A stretch of DNA of 64,000 bases. Origin: an uncultured Chloroflexia bacterium. Its GTDB lineage: Bacteria; Chloroflexota; Limnocylindria; Limnocylindrales; CSP1-4. This document shows positions 1-9,093 of this stretch, in pieces. The stretch is taken from positions 256,001-320,000 of the forward strand of contig CAVPPB010000003.1 of the NCBI GenBank assembly GCA_963707215.1, given 5' to 3'. The stretch's first letter is position 1. The number at the start of each line of letters is the position of its first letter. A model generated the notes under the pieces. It saw only the letters and a list, made by a program, of their open reading frames with translations, searched no databases and had not been told where the DNA came from. The position numbers were made by a program, and so were the translations under genes.

Positions 1-785
1 AGGCCGTGGCGGACCAGGAAGCCCTGGACGGTCGCCGAGTCGTAGTCGTACTGGTGCTTCGTCGGCTCCTGGGGCTTGGGCTCGATGAGGAGCGATCCCT
101 CGAAGCCGATGCGGTGCTTGTGCTCGACGACGAGGTGCAGGAAGCGGGCGAACTGGGCCTCCTCACGGGCGAGGTCGGTGTTCAGGAGGGTCTCGTACCC
201 CTCGCGGCCGCCCCACAGGACGTAGTTCGCGCCGTTGAGCCGCTTGGTGACCTCCAGCATGACCTTGACCTGGGCCGCCGCGTACGCGAACACCTCCGGA
301 TCCGGGTTCGTCGCGGCCCCCGCCGCGTAGCGCGGGTTGCTGAACAGGTTGGCCGTGCCCCAGAGCAACCGCTTGCCCGTCCGGGCCATCTGCTCCTCGA
401 TCAGGTCGACGACCGCGAGCAGGTGAGCCTTCGTCTCGGCGAAGCTGCCGACCTCGGGGGCGACGTCCCGATCGTGGAAGGTGAAGAACGGGACGCCCAG
501 CTTGACCAGGAACTCGAAGGCAGCAGCAATCTTGGGCTCGGCCGCGGCCATCGGCCCCAGGCCTGGGGCCAGCCAAGGCCGGTCGAAGGTCCCGGCACCG
601 AAGACGTCGGAGCCAGGCCAAGCGAACGAGTGCCAGAGGCAGACGGCCAGCCGGAGCTGGTCCTCCATCCGTGTGCCCAGGACGATCCGGTCCGGCTGGT
701 AGACCTTGAAGGTCAGGGGATCGTCCGAGTCGAGCCCGCCGAACTGGAGCGGCCCGTCCACCTCGGTGAAGAACGCTTCGGCCAT
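1..785 (-). CDS. xylA: Xylose isomerase, class II; 3' end lies outside the window
   Basis: Manual translation of the minus strand gives [11 protein letters not shown]...VCLWHSFAW...[12 protein letters not shown]...LWGTANLF...[16 protein letters not shown]...[17 protein letters not shown]. An AGGAG RBS lies upstream of the ATG at 785. Not in the ORF track because it is truncated. Confidence 0.95.
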   Translation of the reverse strand, partial: MAEAFFTEVDGPLQFGGLDSDDPLTFKVYQPDRIVLGTRMEDQLRLAVCLWHSFAWPGSDVFGAGTFDRPWLAPGLGPMAAAEPKIAAAFEFLVKLGVPFFTFHDRDVAPEVGSFAETKAHLLAVVDLIEEQMARTGKRLLWGTANLFSNPRYAAGAATNPDPEVFAYAAAQVKVMLEVTKRLNGANYVLWGGREGYETLLNTDLAREEAQFARFLHLVVEHKHRIGFEGSLLIEPKPQEPTKHQYDYDSATVQGFLVRHG

Positions 786-838
786 GATCAGCACTCCTGT
801 GCCATGGGGCCGATGCCCCTGCTGCTCGTCATCAGGTC

Positions 839-861
839 GTTTGTACGAGGTTATCACAAAC
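839..861. promoter_or_regulatory. Putative ROK-family (XylR-type) operator upstream of xylA
   Basis: AT-rich inverted repeat GTTTGT-N11-ACAAAC (23 bp) in GC-rich DNA, about 55 bp upstream of xylA. Length and arms resemble Firmicutes XylR operators. Confidence 0.6.
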
Positions 862-1009
862 CCGCAGCGCGGCGTGCGGCCAGCGACACCCTGCCGAGCT
901 CGGTGACCGCGCGGCCGACCGCCCACTCGAGCATCGAGGCCCACAGCGGCCGTGCGTTTCGGGCACTTTGCCCGGAGACCGGGCTTGCGACGTTGAGTAC
1001 GGTGATGGC

Positions 1010-2599
1010 ATGGCGATGCTCGCCCCTGGGACCGCTGCCGTGGTCTTCGACCTCGACGGCGTGGTCACCGACACCGCCGCTGTCCACGCCGCTGCATGGA
1101 AGCGCCTCTTCGACGAGTTCCTGGAGGCGCAGGCCGAGGCGACCGGCACATCGCAGCCGCCGTTCGACCTCGACACCGACTACCGGCGCCACGTCGACGG
1201 GCGACCGCGCTATGACGGCGTCCGCGGGTTCCTGGCCTCGCGGGGCATCGAGCTGCCCGAGGGCGATCCGGCCGACCCACCGGACTCCGGGACGGTCCAG
1301 GGCCTCGGCAACCGCAAGAACGGCTACTTCCTCGAGCGGCTCCGCGAGTCGGGGGCCCGACCCTACGGGTCGACCGTCGAACTCGTCCACGCCCTGGCGG
1401 CCATCGGCATCCCTTCGGCCGTCATCTCGGCGAGCGAGAACGCCCGGGCCGTTCTCGAGGCGGCCGGTCTGGGCGAGCTCTTCGAGACCCGGGTGGACGG
1501 CGTCGTCGCCCACCAGCTCGGCCTGGCCGGCAAGCCGGATCCGGCCGTGTTCATCGAGGCGGCCCGTCGGCTCGGGGCTCCACGGGAGCGAGCGGTCGTG
1601 GTCGAGGACGCTCTCGCCGGCGTCCAGGCGGGTGCCGCCGGTGGGTTCCTCCAAGTCGTCGGCGTCGATCGGAGCGGCCATCCCCGGGCCCTCGCCGAGG
1701 CCGGTGCAGACGTGGTGGTCAGCGATCTCGAGGAGCTCGATCTCCCGAGCGGCACCGCAGGGCGCACCCCCGCCCGGACGATCGACCGGCTTCCGTCCGC
1801 CCTTCGGCACGTCGGCGAGATCGAGGCCCGCGCCGACGGGAAGCAGGTCGCCCTCTTCCTCGACTACGACGGCACCCTGACGCCGATCGTCGACGACCCC
1901 GCCCGGGCGCTGCTGCCGGAGGCGACCCGTTCGGCGATCGAGCGCCTGGCAGGGGCCCTTCCAGTGGCGATCGTCAGTGGTCGCGACCTGGCCGATGTCC
2001 GGCGGCTGGTGGGGATCGGCGGGCTCTGGTACGCGGGAAGCCACGGCTTCGACATCGTGAGTCCCACCGGGGAGCGGCACGAGCGGGCACCCGATACCCT
2101 GCCGTCGCTCGACGACGCCGAGCACGAGCTCCGGCCGCTCCTCGAGGCCATCCCCGGTGCCCGCCTGGAACGGAAGCGCTACGCCGTCACCGCCCACTTC
2201 CGGGGCGTCCCGGAGGATCGCATCGACGACGTGGAGGTCGCGGTCGCCTCGGTCGAGGCGGCCTGCCCGGACCTTCGCATCACCGGAGGCAAGAAGGTCC
2301 TGGAGCTGCGACCGGACATCGCCTGGGACAAGGGCCGGGCGATCCACTGGCTCCTGCAGACCCAGGGTCTCGACCGACCCGACGTGTTGCCGGTGTACAT
2401 CGGCGACGACGTGACCGACGAGGATGGGTTCCGGGCGCTCGGTCGACGCGGGATCGGCATCGTCGTCCGCGGCGAGGCCGACGAGCGACCGACGAGCGCC
2501 CTCTTCGCCATCGACGACACCACCGACGTCCCGACCCTTCTCGAGCGCCTCCGCCGGGCGACCGACAGCCAGCGCGACGGCGGTGCCGGAGGACGGTAG
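1010..2599 (+). CDS. otsB: Beta-phosphoglucomutase-like HAD hydrolase fused to trehalose-6-phosphate phosphatase
   Basis: Two HAD domains: [10 protein letters not shown]...GKPDP...VVEDA, and LFLDYDGTL...SGR...GSHG...WDKG...[12 protein letters not shown]. Confidence 0.88.
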   Translation: MAMLAPGTAAVVFDLDGVVTDTAAVHAAAWKRLFDEFLEAQAEATGTSQPPFDLDTDYRRHVDGRPRYDGVRGFLASRGIELPEGDPADPPDSGTVQGLGNRKNGYFLERLRESGARPYGSTVELVHALAAIGIPSAVISASENARAVLEAAGLGELFETRVDGVVAHQLGLAGKPDPAVFIEAARRLGAPRERAVVVEDALAGVQAGAAGGFLQVVGVDRSGHPRALAEAGADVVVSDLEELDLPSGTAGRTPARTIDRLPSALRHVGEIEARADGKQVALFLDYDGTLTPIVDDPARALLPEATRSAIERLAGALPVAIVSGRDLADVRRLVGIGGLWYAGSHGFDIVSPTGERHERAPDTLPSLDDAEHELRPLLEAIPGARLERKRYAVTAHFRGVPEDRIDDVEVAVASVEAACPDLRITGGKKVLELRPDIAWDKGRAIHWLLQTQGLDRPDVLPVYIGDDVTDEDGFRALGRRGIGIVVRGEADERPTSALFAIDDTTDVPTLLERLRRATDSQRDGGAGGR

Positions 2600-2601
2600 G
2601 C

Positions 2602-5028
2602 ATGACCGCTTCGCGCCCGATCGTCGGCGACCAGACCCTCGCGTACGAGGGCTACGACCCATCGGAAGAGCCACTCCGGGAGGCCCTCTGCACGCTCGGC
2701 AACGGTTACTTCGCGACGCGCGGCGCCGCTCCTGAATGCTGGGCCGATGGGACCCACTATCCCGGCACCTACGTGGCCGGCCTCTATGACCGGATGACGA
2801 GCGTCGTGGCTGGTCGCCGGATCCGCAACGAGGACCTCGTCAACGTCCCGAACTGGCTGGTGCTGCGGCTCCGTACGGGGCGCAGCGGCTGGGTCTCGCT
2901 GGACGGACCGGGCCTCCTCGAACATCGCCAGGAGCTCGACCTTCGGCGCGGGATCCTGACCCGCCGCTCCAGGTTCCGCGACAGGGCGGGGCGGACCACC
3001 TCGGTCACCCAGCGCCGGTTCGTCAGCATGGCGGACCCCCACCTAGCGGGGCTCGAGACGACCATCGTTGCCGAGGATTGGTCGGGCACGGTCACGGTCC
3101 GATCGGGCCTCGATGGCGGCGTCGTCAACTCGGGTGTCGCCCGCTACCGGGCGCTTCGAGGCGACCACCTGGCCCGCCCGACGACGGCCGAGGCGGACGC
3201 TGAGACGATCCTGCTGACGACCCGGACGAAGGGCTCCCGAGTGAAGGTCGCCGAGGCTGCCCGTACGAGGGTCACCCGGGATGGGGACACGGCGCCCGGA
3301 GTCAGGCGACGACTCGTCAGCGACGACGCGACGATCGCCCACGACCTGCGGATCCCGACCGAGGAAGGAGTGCCGGTCACGGTCGAGAAGATCGTCTCCC
3401 TCTACACCTCCAGGGACCAGGGGATCTACGAGCCATCCCATGCGGCCAGCAGCTGGATCGCCCGGGCCGGCTCCTTCGACGAGCTCCTCGGGCGCCACAT
3501 CCGCGCCTGGGACCGCGTCTGGCGGCGCTGCGACATCCGGACCGCGGGATCGTCGCCGCGCGCCCAGGCCATCCTCCGGCTCCACATCTTCCACCTGCTC
3601 CAGACCGTCTCGGAGAACACGATCGACCTCGACGTCGGGGTCCCGGCTCGCGGGCTCCACGGCGAGGCCTACCGGGGCCACATCTTCTGGGACCAGCTGT
3701 TCATCCTGCCCTTCCTGAATCTCCGGCTGCCGGTCCTCAGCCGGACCCTCCTTGGCTACCGGTACCGGCGGCTCCCCGCGGCCCGCTGGGCGGCCGCCCA
3801 GGCGGGTCTGCCCGGTGCCATGTACCCCTGGCAGAGCGGCAGCGACGGCCAGGAGGAGAGCCAGGCGTTCCACCTCAATCCCCGCTCGGGGAACTGGCTG
3901 CCCGACCATTCCCACCTCCAGCGCCACGTCGGGATCGCCATCGCCTACAACGTCTGGGTCCACTTCCAGGCGACCGGCGACATCCAGTTCCTGCGCTTCC
4001 GGGGAGCCCCGATGCTGCTGGAGGTCGCCCGGTTCCTCGCCTCGCTGAGCACGTATGACCGGGCGACCGACCGGTACGGGATCCGTGGCGTGCTGGGTCC
4101 GGACGAGTACCACGACGCGTATCCGGACGCCGCCGAGCCCGGGCTCGACAACAACGCCTATACGAACGTCATGACGGCGTGGGTGCTCTGTCGAGCGCTC
4201 GACGTCATCGAGCTCCTCTCCGAGCATCACCGCCAGGAGGTCTGCGAGGAGCTGGACCTGACGCGCGATGAGCTCGACCGCTGGGACGACATCAGCCGGA
4301 AGATGGTCGTCCCCTTCCACGATGGCCGGATCATCAGCCAGTTCGAGGGCTACGCCGATCTCCTGGAATTCGACTGGGCCGGCTACCAGCGACGGTACGG
4401 GGACATCCACCGACTCGACCGGATCCTGGAGGCGGAAGGCGACAGCCCGAACCGGTACAAGGCCTCCAAGCAGGCCGACGTGCTCATGCTCTTCTACCTC
4501 CTCTCTGCCGAAGAGGTCGTCGAGCTGCTCGGGCGCCTCGGCTATGACTTCGACGCCGAGACCGACCTGCGGGCCAACGTCGAGTACTACCTGGCACGGA
4601 CCTCGAACGGCTCGACGCTGAGCCGCGTCGTGAGCTCATGGGTGCTCGCGCGCCTCGACCGGCGACGCTCGTGGGAGCTGCTTCTCGACGCCCTCGAGAG
4701 CGACGTCGCGGACGTCCAGGGCGGGACGACGTCGGAGGGCATCCACCTGGGTGCGATGGCTGGGACGGTGGACCTCGTCCAGCGCTGCTACGCCGGGATC
4801 GAGACCCGCGACGACACCCTCTGGCTGGATCCCCGCCTTCCCGACGAGATGCCGCGCCTCGAGCTCAGCCTCCACTACCGGGGTCACCGGCTGGAGGTCG
4901 ACATCGACCGCGATCGACTGTGGGTCCGGGCCCGCCCGGGCGTCGCTGCCCCGATCCGGCTGGGCCTGCGCGGCGAGGTGACGACCCTCGCGGCCGGCCA
5001 GGCCCGCGAGATCCGACTCGCCGGCTGA
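2602..5028 (+). CDS. Glycoside hydrolase family 65 (trehalose/maltose/kojibiose phosphorylase-like)
   Basis: REALCTLGNGY, ARGLHGEAYRGHIFWD, GPDEYH, DNNAYTN, KQADVLML motifs. Confidence 0.93.
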   Translation: MTASRPIVGDQTLAYEGYDPSEEPLREALCTLGNGYFATRGAAPECWADGTHYPGTYVAGLYDRMTSVVAGRRIRNEDLVNVPNWLVLRLRTGRSGWVSLDGPGLLEHRQELDLRRGILTRRSRFRDRAGRTTSVTQRRFVSMADPHLAGLETTIVAEDWSGTVTVRSGLDGGVVNSGVARYRALRGDHLARPTTAEADAETILLTTRTKGSRVKVAEAARTRVTRDGDTAPGVRRRLVSDDATIAHDLRIPTEEGVPVTVEKIVSLYTSRDQGIYEPSHAASSWIARAGSFDELLGRHIRAWDRVWRRCDIRTAGSSPRAQAILRLHIFHLLQTVSENTIDLDVGVPARGLHGEAYRGHIFWDQLFILPFLNLRLPVLSRTLLGYRYRRLPAARWAAAQAGLPGAMYPWQSGSDGQEESQAFHLNPRSGNWLPDHSHLQRHVGIAIAYNVWVHFQATGDIQFLRFRGAPMLLEVARFLASLSTYDRATDRYGIRGVLGPDEYHDAYPDAAEPGLDNNAYTNVMTAWVLCRALDVIELLSEHHRQEVCEELDLTRDELDRWDDISRKMVVPFHDGRIISQFEGYADLLEFDWAGYQRRYGDIHRLDRILEAEGDSPNRYKASKQADVLMLFYLLSAEEVVELLGRLGYDFDAETDLRANVEYYLARTSNGSTLSRVVSSWVLARLDRRRSWELLLDALESDVADVQGGTTSEGIHLGAMAGTVDLVQRCYAGIETRDDTLWLDPRLPDEMPRLELSLHYRGHRLEVDIDRDRLWVRARPGVAAPIRLGLRGEVTTLAAGQAREIRLAG

Positions 5029-5041
5029 CCCGTCAGGCCCG

Positions 5042-6016
5042 TCAGGCGGGGGCCACCGCCCGCATCGCGTCGCCGACCGCACGGGCGACGGCATCGGCGG
5101 CGAGCGCTCCGACGATGGTGACCGCGGCCGGGCCCCAGGGATGGGCCTCGATCGCCGACCCCGGCTCGCTCAGCGCGAACACGGCGTCACCGTCGACGCC
5201 GCTGTGGACCGGCCGGATCGTCCGGGCCAACCCGTCGTGACCCATCGCCGCCACCTGGGCGAGCTGGGCTTTGGTCAGGCGAGCGTTGGTGGCGACGACG
5301 GCGAGCGTGGTCTGCCCGCGGGCGATGGCGATGTCGTCGAGGGCCGGCACCCGGCCGGGGCCCCCGAACCGACCGTGCGGTCGGACCTCTCCGGCGGCAT
5401 TGACCACCACCATGGCACCGACGACCAGCTCGCCGCCGGGCCGGCCGACGCAGAGGCTGGCATGGCCGAGGCCGCCCTTCCGGCGCTCCCCGCTGATGCC
5501 GCCCGTCCAGGCCCCGACGCCGGCGCCCACGGCCCCGGAATCGGGACGGACGCGTGGGCCATCGAGCGCCGACCGCACCGCTCGCCGACCATCGGCCGGA
5601 CCGGGGCGCCGAGCCGGGTCGCCGTGACCGAGGTCGAAGAGGACCGCCGCCGCGACGATCGGGATGACCGCCCGGCGCTCGTCCCACTCGATCGGCAGGC
5701 CGATGCCGCGGCGCTCCAGCTCGTCGACCGCCCCGTCGGCCGCGGCCAGGCCGAAGACGCTCCGGCCGACGAACAGGACGGCGTGGACCCGCTCGCCTGA
5801 TGCGAGCGGGCCGAGCGCATCGGTCTCGCGGGTGCCGGGAGCCGCACCGCGGACGTCGACGGACCCGACGGCTCCGGCCGGGACGACGACCGCGCTGACG
5901 CCCGTGTCGGGAGCGGGCGCCCCGGGCCCGGAGACGTCGGCCCGACCGACGTGGACCCCTGCGACGTCATGAAGCGAATCGGTCGGACCGCGACGAGGGC
6001 GATCCGACGGGCTCAA
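5042..6016 (-). CDS. P1/S58 family (DmpA/NylC-like) peptidase
   Basis: DVRGAAPGTRETD, VVVNAAG, GQTTLAVVATNA, HDGLARTIRPVH...DGDAVF motifs. Confidence 0.85.
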   Translation of the reverse strand: MSPSDRPRRGPTDSLHDVAGVHVGRADVSGPGAPAPDTGVSAVVVPAGAVGSVDVRGAAPGTRETDALGPLASGERVHAVLFVGRSVFGLAAADGAVDELERRGIGLPIEWDERRAVIPIVAAAVLFDLGHGDPARRPGPADGRRAVRSALDGPRVRPDSGAVGAGVGAWTGGISGERRKGGLGHASLCVGRPGGELVVGAMVVVNAAGEVRPHGRFGGPGRVPALDDIAIARGQTTLAVVATNARLTKAQLAQVAAMGHDGLARTIRPVHSGVDGDAVFALSEPGSAIEAHPWGPAAVTIVGALAADAVARAVGDAMRAVAPA

Positions 6017-6052
6017 GGCTCGACCGGCGGGACGGGCACCACGGCGGGCGCG

Positions 6053-6604
6053 TCAGCCGCCGGGCGTCGGGCCGAAGAGGAGCGACAGCCATGACTCGAG
6101 CGGGCTCGAGTCACGCGCCGCGGCCCCGAGGCGGACGGCAGCCGACCCCGGGGCGTCGCCCGGCAGCTCGGGCGCGTCGGCCTCCAGTCGGAAGGCGATC
6201 TCGTCGGTCCCGCCGAGGCGGTACGCACGGGCCTCCTGGCGGATGAACGCCTCGCGCTGGACGAGGTCGAGTTCGTCGGCGAGGTCCGCGACCTGGACCG
6301 AGAGGGCGGTGTTCTCGCTCGCCAGCTGACCGGCTCGGGCCGTCGCGGCCTGGGCCTCGCTCACCTGGCGGGCGAAAGCAAAGATGATCCAGGCGGTGAC
6401 GAGCACCGAGAGGCCGAAGGCGACGCGCCGGCGGGTCAGCCCGGCGATCGGCAGGTCCCGGAGGCTCGGCACGGCCGGGCGGGAACCCTCGCTGCCGTCG
6501 GCGCCGGTCGGATCCTCCCGCGGGTCGGGGCCGACGGCCGCCTCGAGGCCCGGTTCGAGGACCGGCTCATCTGGGTCGAGCGGAGCGGCGGACCGGGCAT
6601 CCAT
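6053..6604 (-). CDS. ftsB: Septum formation initiator (FtsB/DivIC family)
   Basis: One TM helix followed by a coiled coil and the FIRQEARAYRLG...EIAF motif. Start reassigned to the ATG at 6604 behind a clear promoter. Confidence 0.7.
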   Translation of the reverse strand: MDARSAAPLDPDEPVLEPGLEAAVGPDPREDPTGADGSEGSRPAVPSLRDLPIAGLTRRRVAFGLSVLVTAWIIFAFARQVSEAQAATARAGQLASENTALSVQVADLADELDLVQREAFIRQEARAYRLGGTDEIAFRLEADAPELPGDAPGSAAVRLGAAARDSSPLESWLSLLFGPTPGG

Positions 6605-6611
6605 CGGCCGG

Positions 6612-6640
6612 AGGGTAGCTGCCCCGATTCCGCGTGTCAA
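6612..6640 (-). promoter_or_regulatory. Sigma70-type promoter of the ftsB-like gene (leaderless)
   Basis: TTGACA (6640-6635), a 17-nt spacer, TACCCT (6617-6612), then 7 nt to the ATG. Confidence 0.75.
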
Positions 6641-6749
6641 CTCAGGGCATCGCCGCTTCGCCTGGGCTTCATCAGCCGCTCGAGCGTTCGTGTGACAACC
6701 AAGGTGGCACGCGGGCCGTCGAGCGTCGGTGCTATCCTGCCCAGGCGAT

Positions 6750-6767
6750 ACAGAACATCCGTTCTGT
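6750..6767. promoter_or_regulatory. LexA (SOS) box, Gram-positive/Chloroflexota type
   Basis: ACAGAAC-ATCC-GTTCTGT contains GAAC-N4-GTTC. It lies between an extended -10 (TGcTATCCT, 6730-6738) and the RBS of a DNA-repair helicase. Confidence 0.8.
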
Positions 6768-6786
6768 TCGAGTCCCAGGAGAGCCG

Positions 6787-9093
6787 ATGCGCACGTACGC
6801 ACCCGCGACGGTCGAGACCGTCCTGCGGTCCCTGCTCGACGAGCCGTCCCTGGCCCGGGGCGTCGTCCATCACGAGGTCATCGAGGCTCGGGCGGCGACC
6901 TACGCCGACTTCCCCGACTGGCTCCACCCACGGATCAGGACGGCCCTCACGACGCGAGGCATCGAGCGCCTCTATACCCACCAGCGCGAGGCGATCGACA
7001 CGGTCCACGGTGGCCAGGACGTCGTCGTGGTCACCCCGACCGCCTCCGGCAAGACACTCACCTACCAGTTGCCCACCCTCCAGGCGATCCTCGACGACCC
7101 GGCCTCGCGGGCCCTGTTCCTCTTCCCCACCAAGGCCCTGGGCCAGGATCAGGTCGCCGAGCTGTCCGAGCTGGCCCGGGCGGCGGAGCTCGGGATCGCT
7201 GCCGCTACCTATGACGGCGACACGCCGGCGCCGATCCGTTCGGCCATCCGCCAGGCGGGCCAGGTCGTGGTGACGAACCCCGACATGCTCAACTCGGCGA
7301 TCCTGCCCCACCACACGAAGTGGTTCCAGCTCTTCGAGCAGCTCCGGGTCATCGTGATCGACGAGCTCCACACCTACCGCGGCGTCTTCGGCAGCCATGT
7401 CGCGAACGTGCTCCGGCGTCTCCTGCGCCTGTGCGCTCACTACGGCTCGAGCCCGGTCATCGTCTGCTCGTCGGCCACGATCGGCAACCCGGCCGAGCTG
7501 GCCCAGAGCCTGACCGGCCGAGCGGTCAGGCTCGTCGACCGCAGCGGCGCGCCCAGCGGCGAGCGCCATCTGCTCCTGGTGGACCCACCGGTCATCGACG
7601 CGGCCACGGGAGCCCGCGGCTCTGCCCTGACGCTGGCCCAGAGGTGGGCGCTGCCGTTCCTGCGGGCCGGCAATCAGACCATCGTCTTCGGACGCTCCCG
7701 GGTCGCCGTCGAGATCCTGCTCAGCGGCCTTCGGGAGACCCTCAGGGAGGGCTTCGGGCCGAGGACGCGGGTCCGCGGCTATCGAGGCGGCTACCTGCCG
7801 ACGGAGCGCCGGTCCATCGAGCGGGGCCTCCGCGACGGGGAGATCCTCGGGGTCGTGAGCACGAACGCGCTCGAGCTGGGGGTCGACATCGGACGCCTCG
7901 ACGTGTCCATCCTGGCCGGCTACCCGGGATCCATCGCGGCGACCTGGCAGCAGATCGGGCGGTCCGGCCGGCGCCTGGAGCCGAGCGTCTCGATCCTGGT
8001 CGCCTCCCCCGCCCCGGTCGACCAGTACGTGATCCATCACCCCGAGTTCCTGCTGGAGGGCAGCCCCGAGGAGGCTCGGGCGGATCCCGACAACCTCCAC
8101 GTCCTGCTGGCTCATCTCCGGGCGGCCGTCTTCGAGCGCCCCTTCGAGCCGGGCGAGGTCTTCGGGCCGGCGCCGGCCGACGACCTGCTGGCCTTCCTCG
8201 GCGAGGAGGGTCACGTCCGCCAGGCCGACGACGGCCGCTGGTACTGGTCCTCGGAGAACTTCCCGGCTTCCGAGATCAGCCTGCGGACCGCGGCGCCCGA
8301 GAACGTGGTCATCATCGACACCACGCCGGACCGACCCCGGGTCATCGGGGAGGTCGACCTGTTCAGCGCCCAGGTCCTCGTCCACACCCAGGCGATCTAT
8401 CTGCACGAGTCCGTCCAGTACCACGTCGACCTGCTCGACTGGCACGAGCGGAAGGCGTACGTCAAGCGGGTCGACGCCGACTACTACACCTACGCCAACC
8501 GAGCCGTCACCCTGAAGCCGCTCGACGTCTTCGCCGAAGCCACCGCGACGGGCGGACGCCGGGTCCACGGCGAGGTCATGGTCGCCAGCCTGGTGACCCT
8601 CTTCAAGAAGCTCAAGTTCGGCACGGACGAGAACGTCGGCTGGGGCCCCATCGACCTCCCCGAGCTCGAGCTCCAGACGACCGCCTACTGGCTGACCGCC
8701 GAGGAGGCCGGACAGGGCTGGCGGCGTGACGAGCTCGACGTCGCGCTGCTGGGCGCGGGACGGGCCATCCAGGCAGTAGCCAGCGTGCTGCTGATGGTCG
8801 ATCCCCGCGACCTCGGTCTCGTGAGCCAGGTCCGCTCGCCGCACCAGGAGGCCCCGACGATCTACCTCTACGAGGCGATGCCCGGTGGCATCGGGCTGTC
8901 GGAGCGCCTGTTCGCACGCCACGACGAGCTGGTCGTCGGCGCTGCCGAGCTCATCGGCGCCTGTAGCTGCGACGCCGGCTGTCCGGCCTGCACCGGTCCG
9001 CGGCTGGAGCCCGACGTCGATGCCAAGGGCCTCGCCCTGCGACTCCTGGCCGCGCTCGGAGCGGGTCGTCCCGTGGTCGCGGGCGCCCGATGA
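6787..9093 (+). CDS. mrfA: DEAD/DEAH-box helicase with C-terminal DUF1998 zinc domain (MrfA/YprA/SftH/Hrq1-like)
   Basis: PTASGKT, DELH, SATIGNP, TNALELGVDIG, QQIGRSGR and C-terminal CSCDAGCPAC. RBS AGGAGAG precedes the ATG at 6787. Confidence 0.88.
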   Translation: MRTYAPATVETVLRSLLDEPSLARGVVHHEVIEARAATYADFPDWLHPRIRTALTTRGIERLYTHQREAIDTVHGGQDVVVVTPTASGKTLTYQLPTLQAILDDPASRALFLFPTKALGQDQVAELSELARAAELGIAAATYDGDTPAPIRSAIRQAGQVVVTNPDMLNSAILPHHTKWFQLFEQLRVIVIDELHTYRGVFGSHVANVLRRLLRLCAHYGSSPVIVCSSATIGNPAELAQSLTGRAVRLVDRSGAPSGERHLLLVDPPVIDAATGARGSALTLAQRWALPFLRAGNQTIVFGRSRVAVEILLSGLRETLREGFGPRTRVRGYRGGYLPTERRSIERGLRDGEILGVVSTNALELGVDIGRLDVSILAGYPGSIAATWQQIGRSGRRLEPSVSILVASPAPVDQYVIHHPEFLLEGSPEEARADPDNLHVLLAHLRAAVFERPFEPGEVFGPAPADDLLAFLGEEGHVRQADDGRWYWSSENFPASEISLRTAAPENVVIIDTTPDRPRVIGEVDLFSAQVLVHTQAIYLHESVQYHVDLLDWHERKAYVKRVDADYYTYANRAVTLKPLDVFAEATATGGRRVHGEVMVASLVTLFKKLKFGTDENVGWGPIDLPELELQTTAYWLTAEEAGQGWRRDELDVALLGAGRAIQAVASVLLMVDPRDLGLVSQVRSPHQEAPTIYLYEAMPGGIGLSERLFARHDELVVGAAELIGACSCDAGCPACTGPRLEPDVDAKGLALRLLAALGAGRPVVAGAR

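Noticed and set aside
6-1880. 624-aa plus-strand ORF and many other long antisense or alternate-frame ORFs (e.g. 6637-9327, 18271-20946, 22576-25350, 38031-40535, 60678-63224)
   Set aside because: These are shadow ORFs of real genes, expected in very GC-rich DNA with few stop codons; they contain no recognisable motifs.
6695-6715. AACCAAGGTGGCACGCG resembles a T-box core
   Set aside because: There is no stem I or terminator, it lies upstream of the predicted TSS, and the downstream gene is not amino-acid related.
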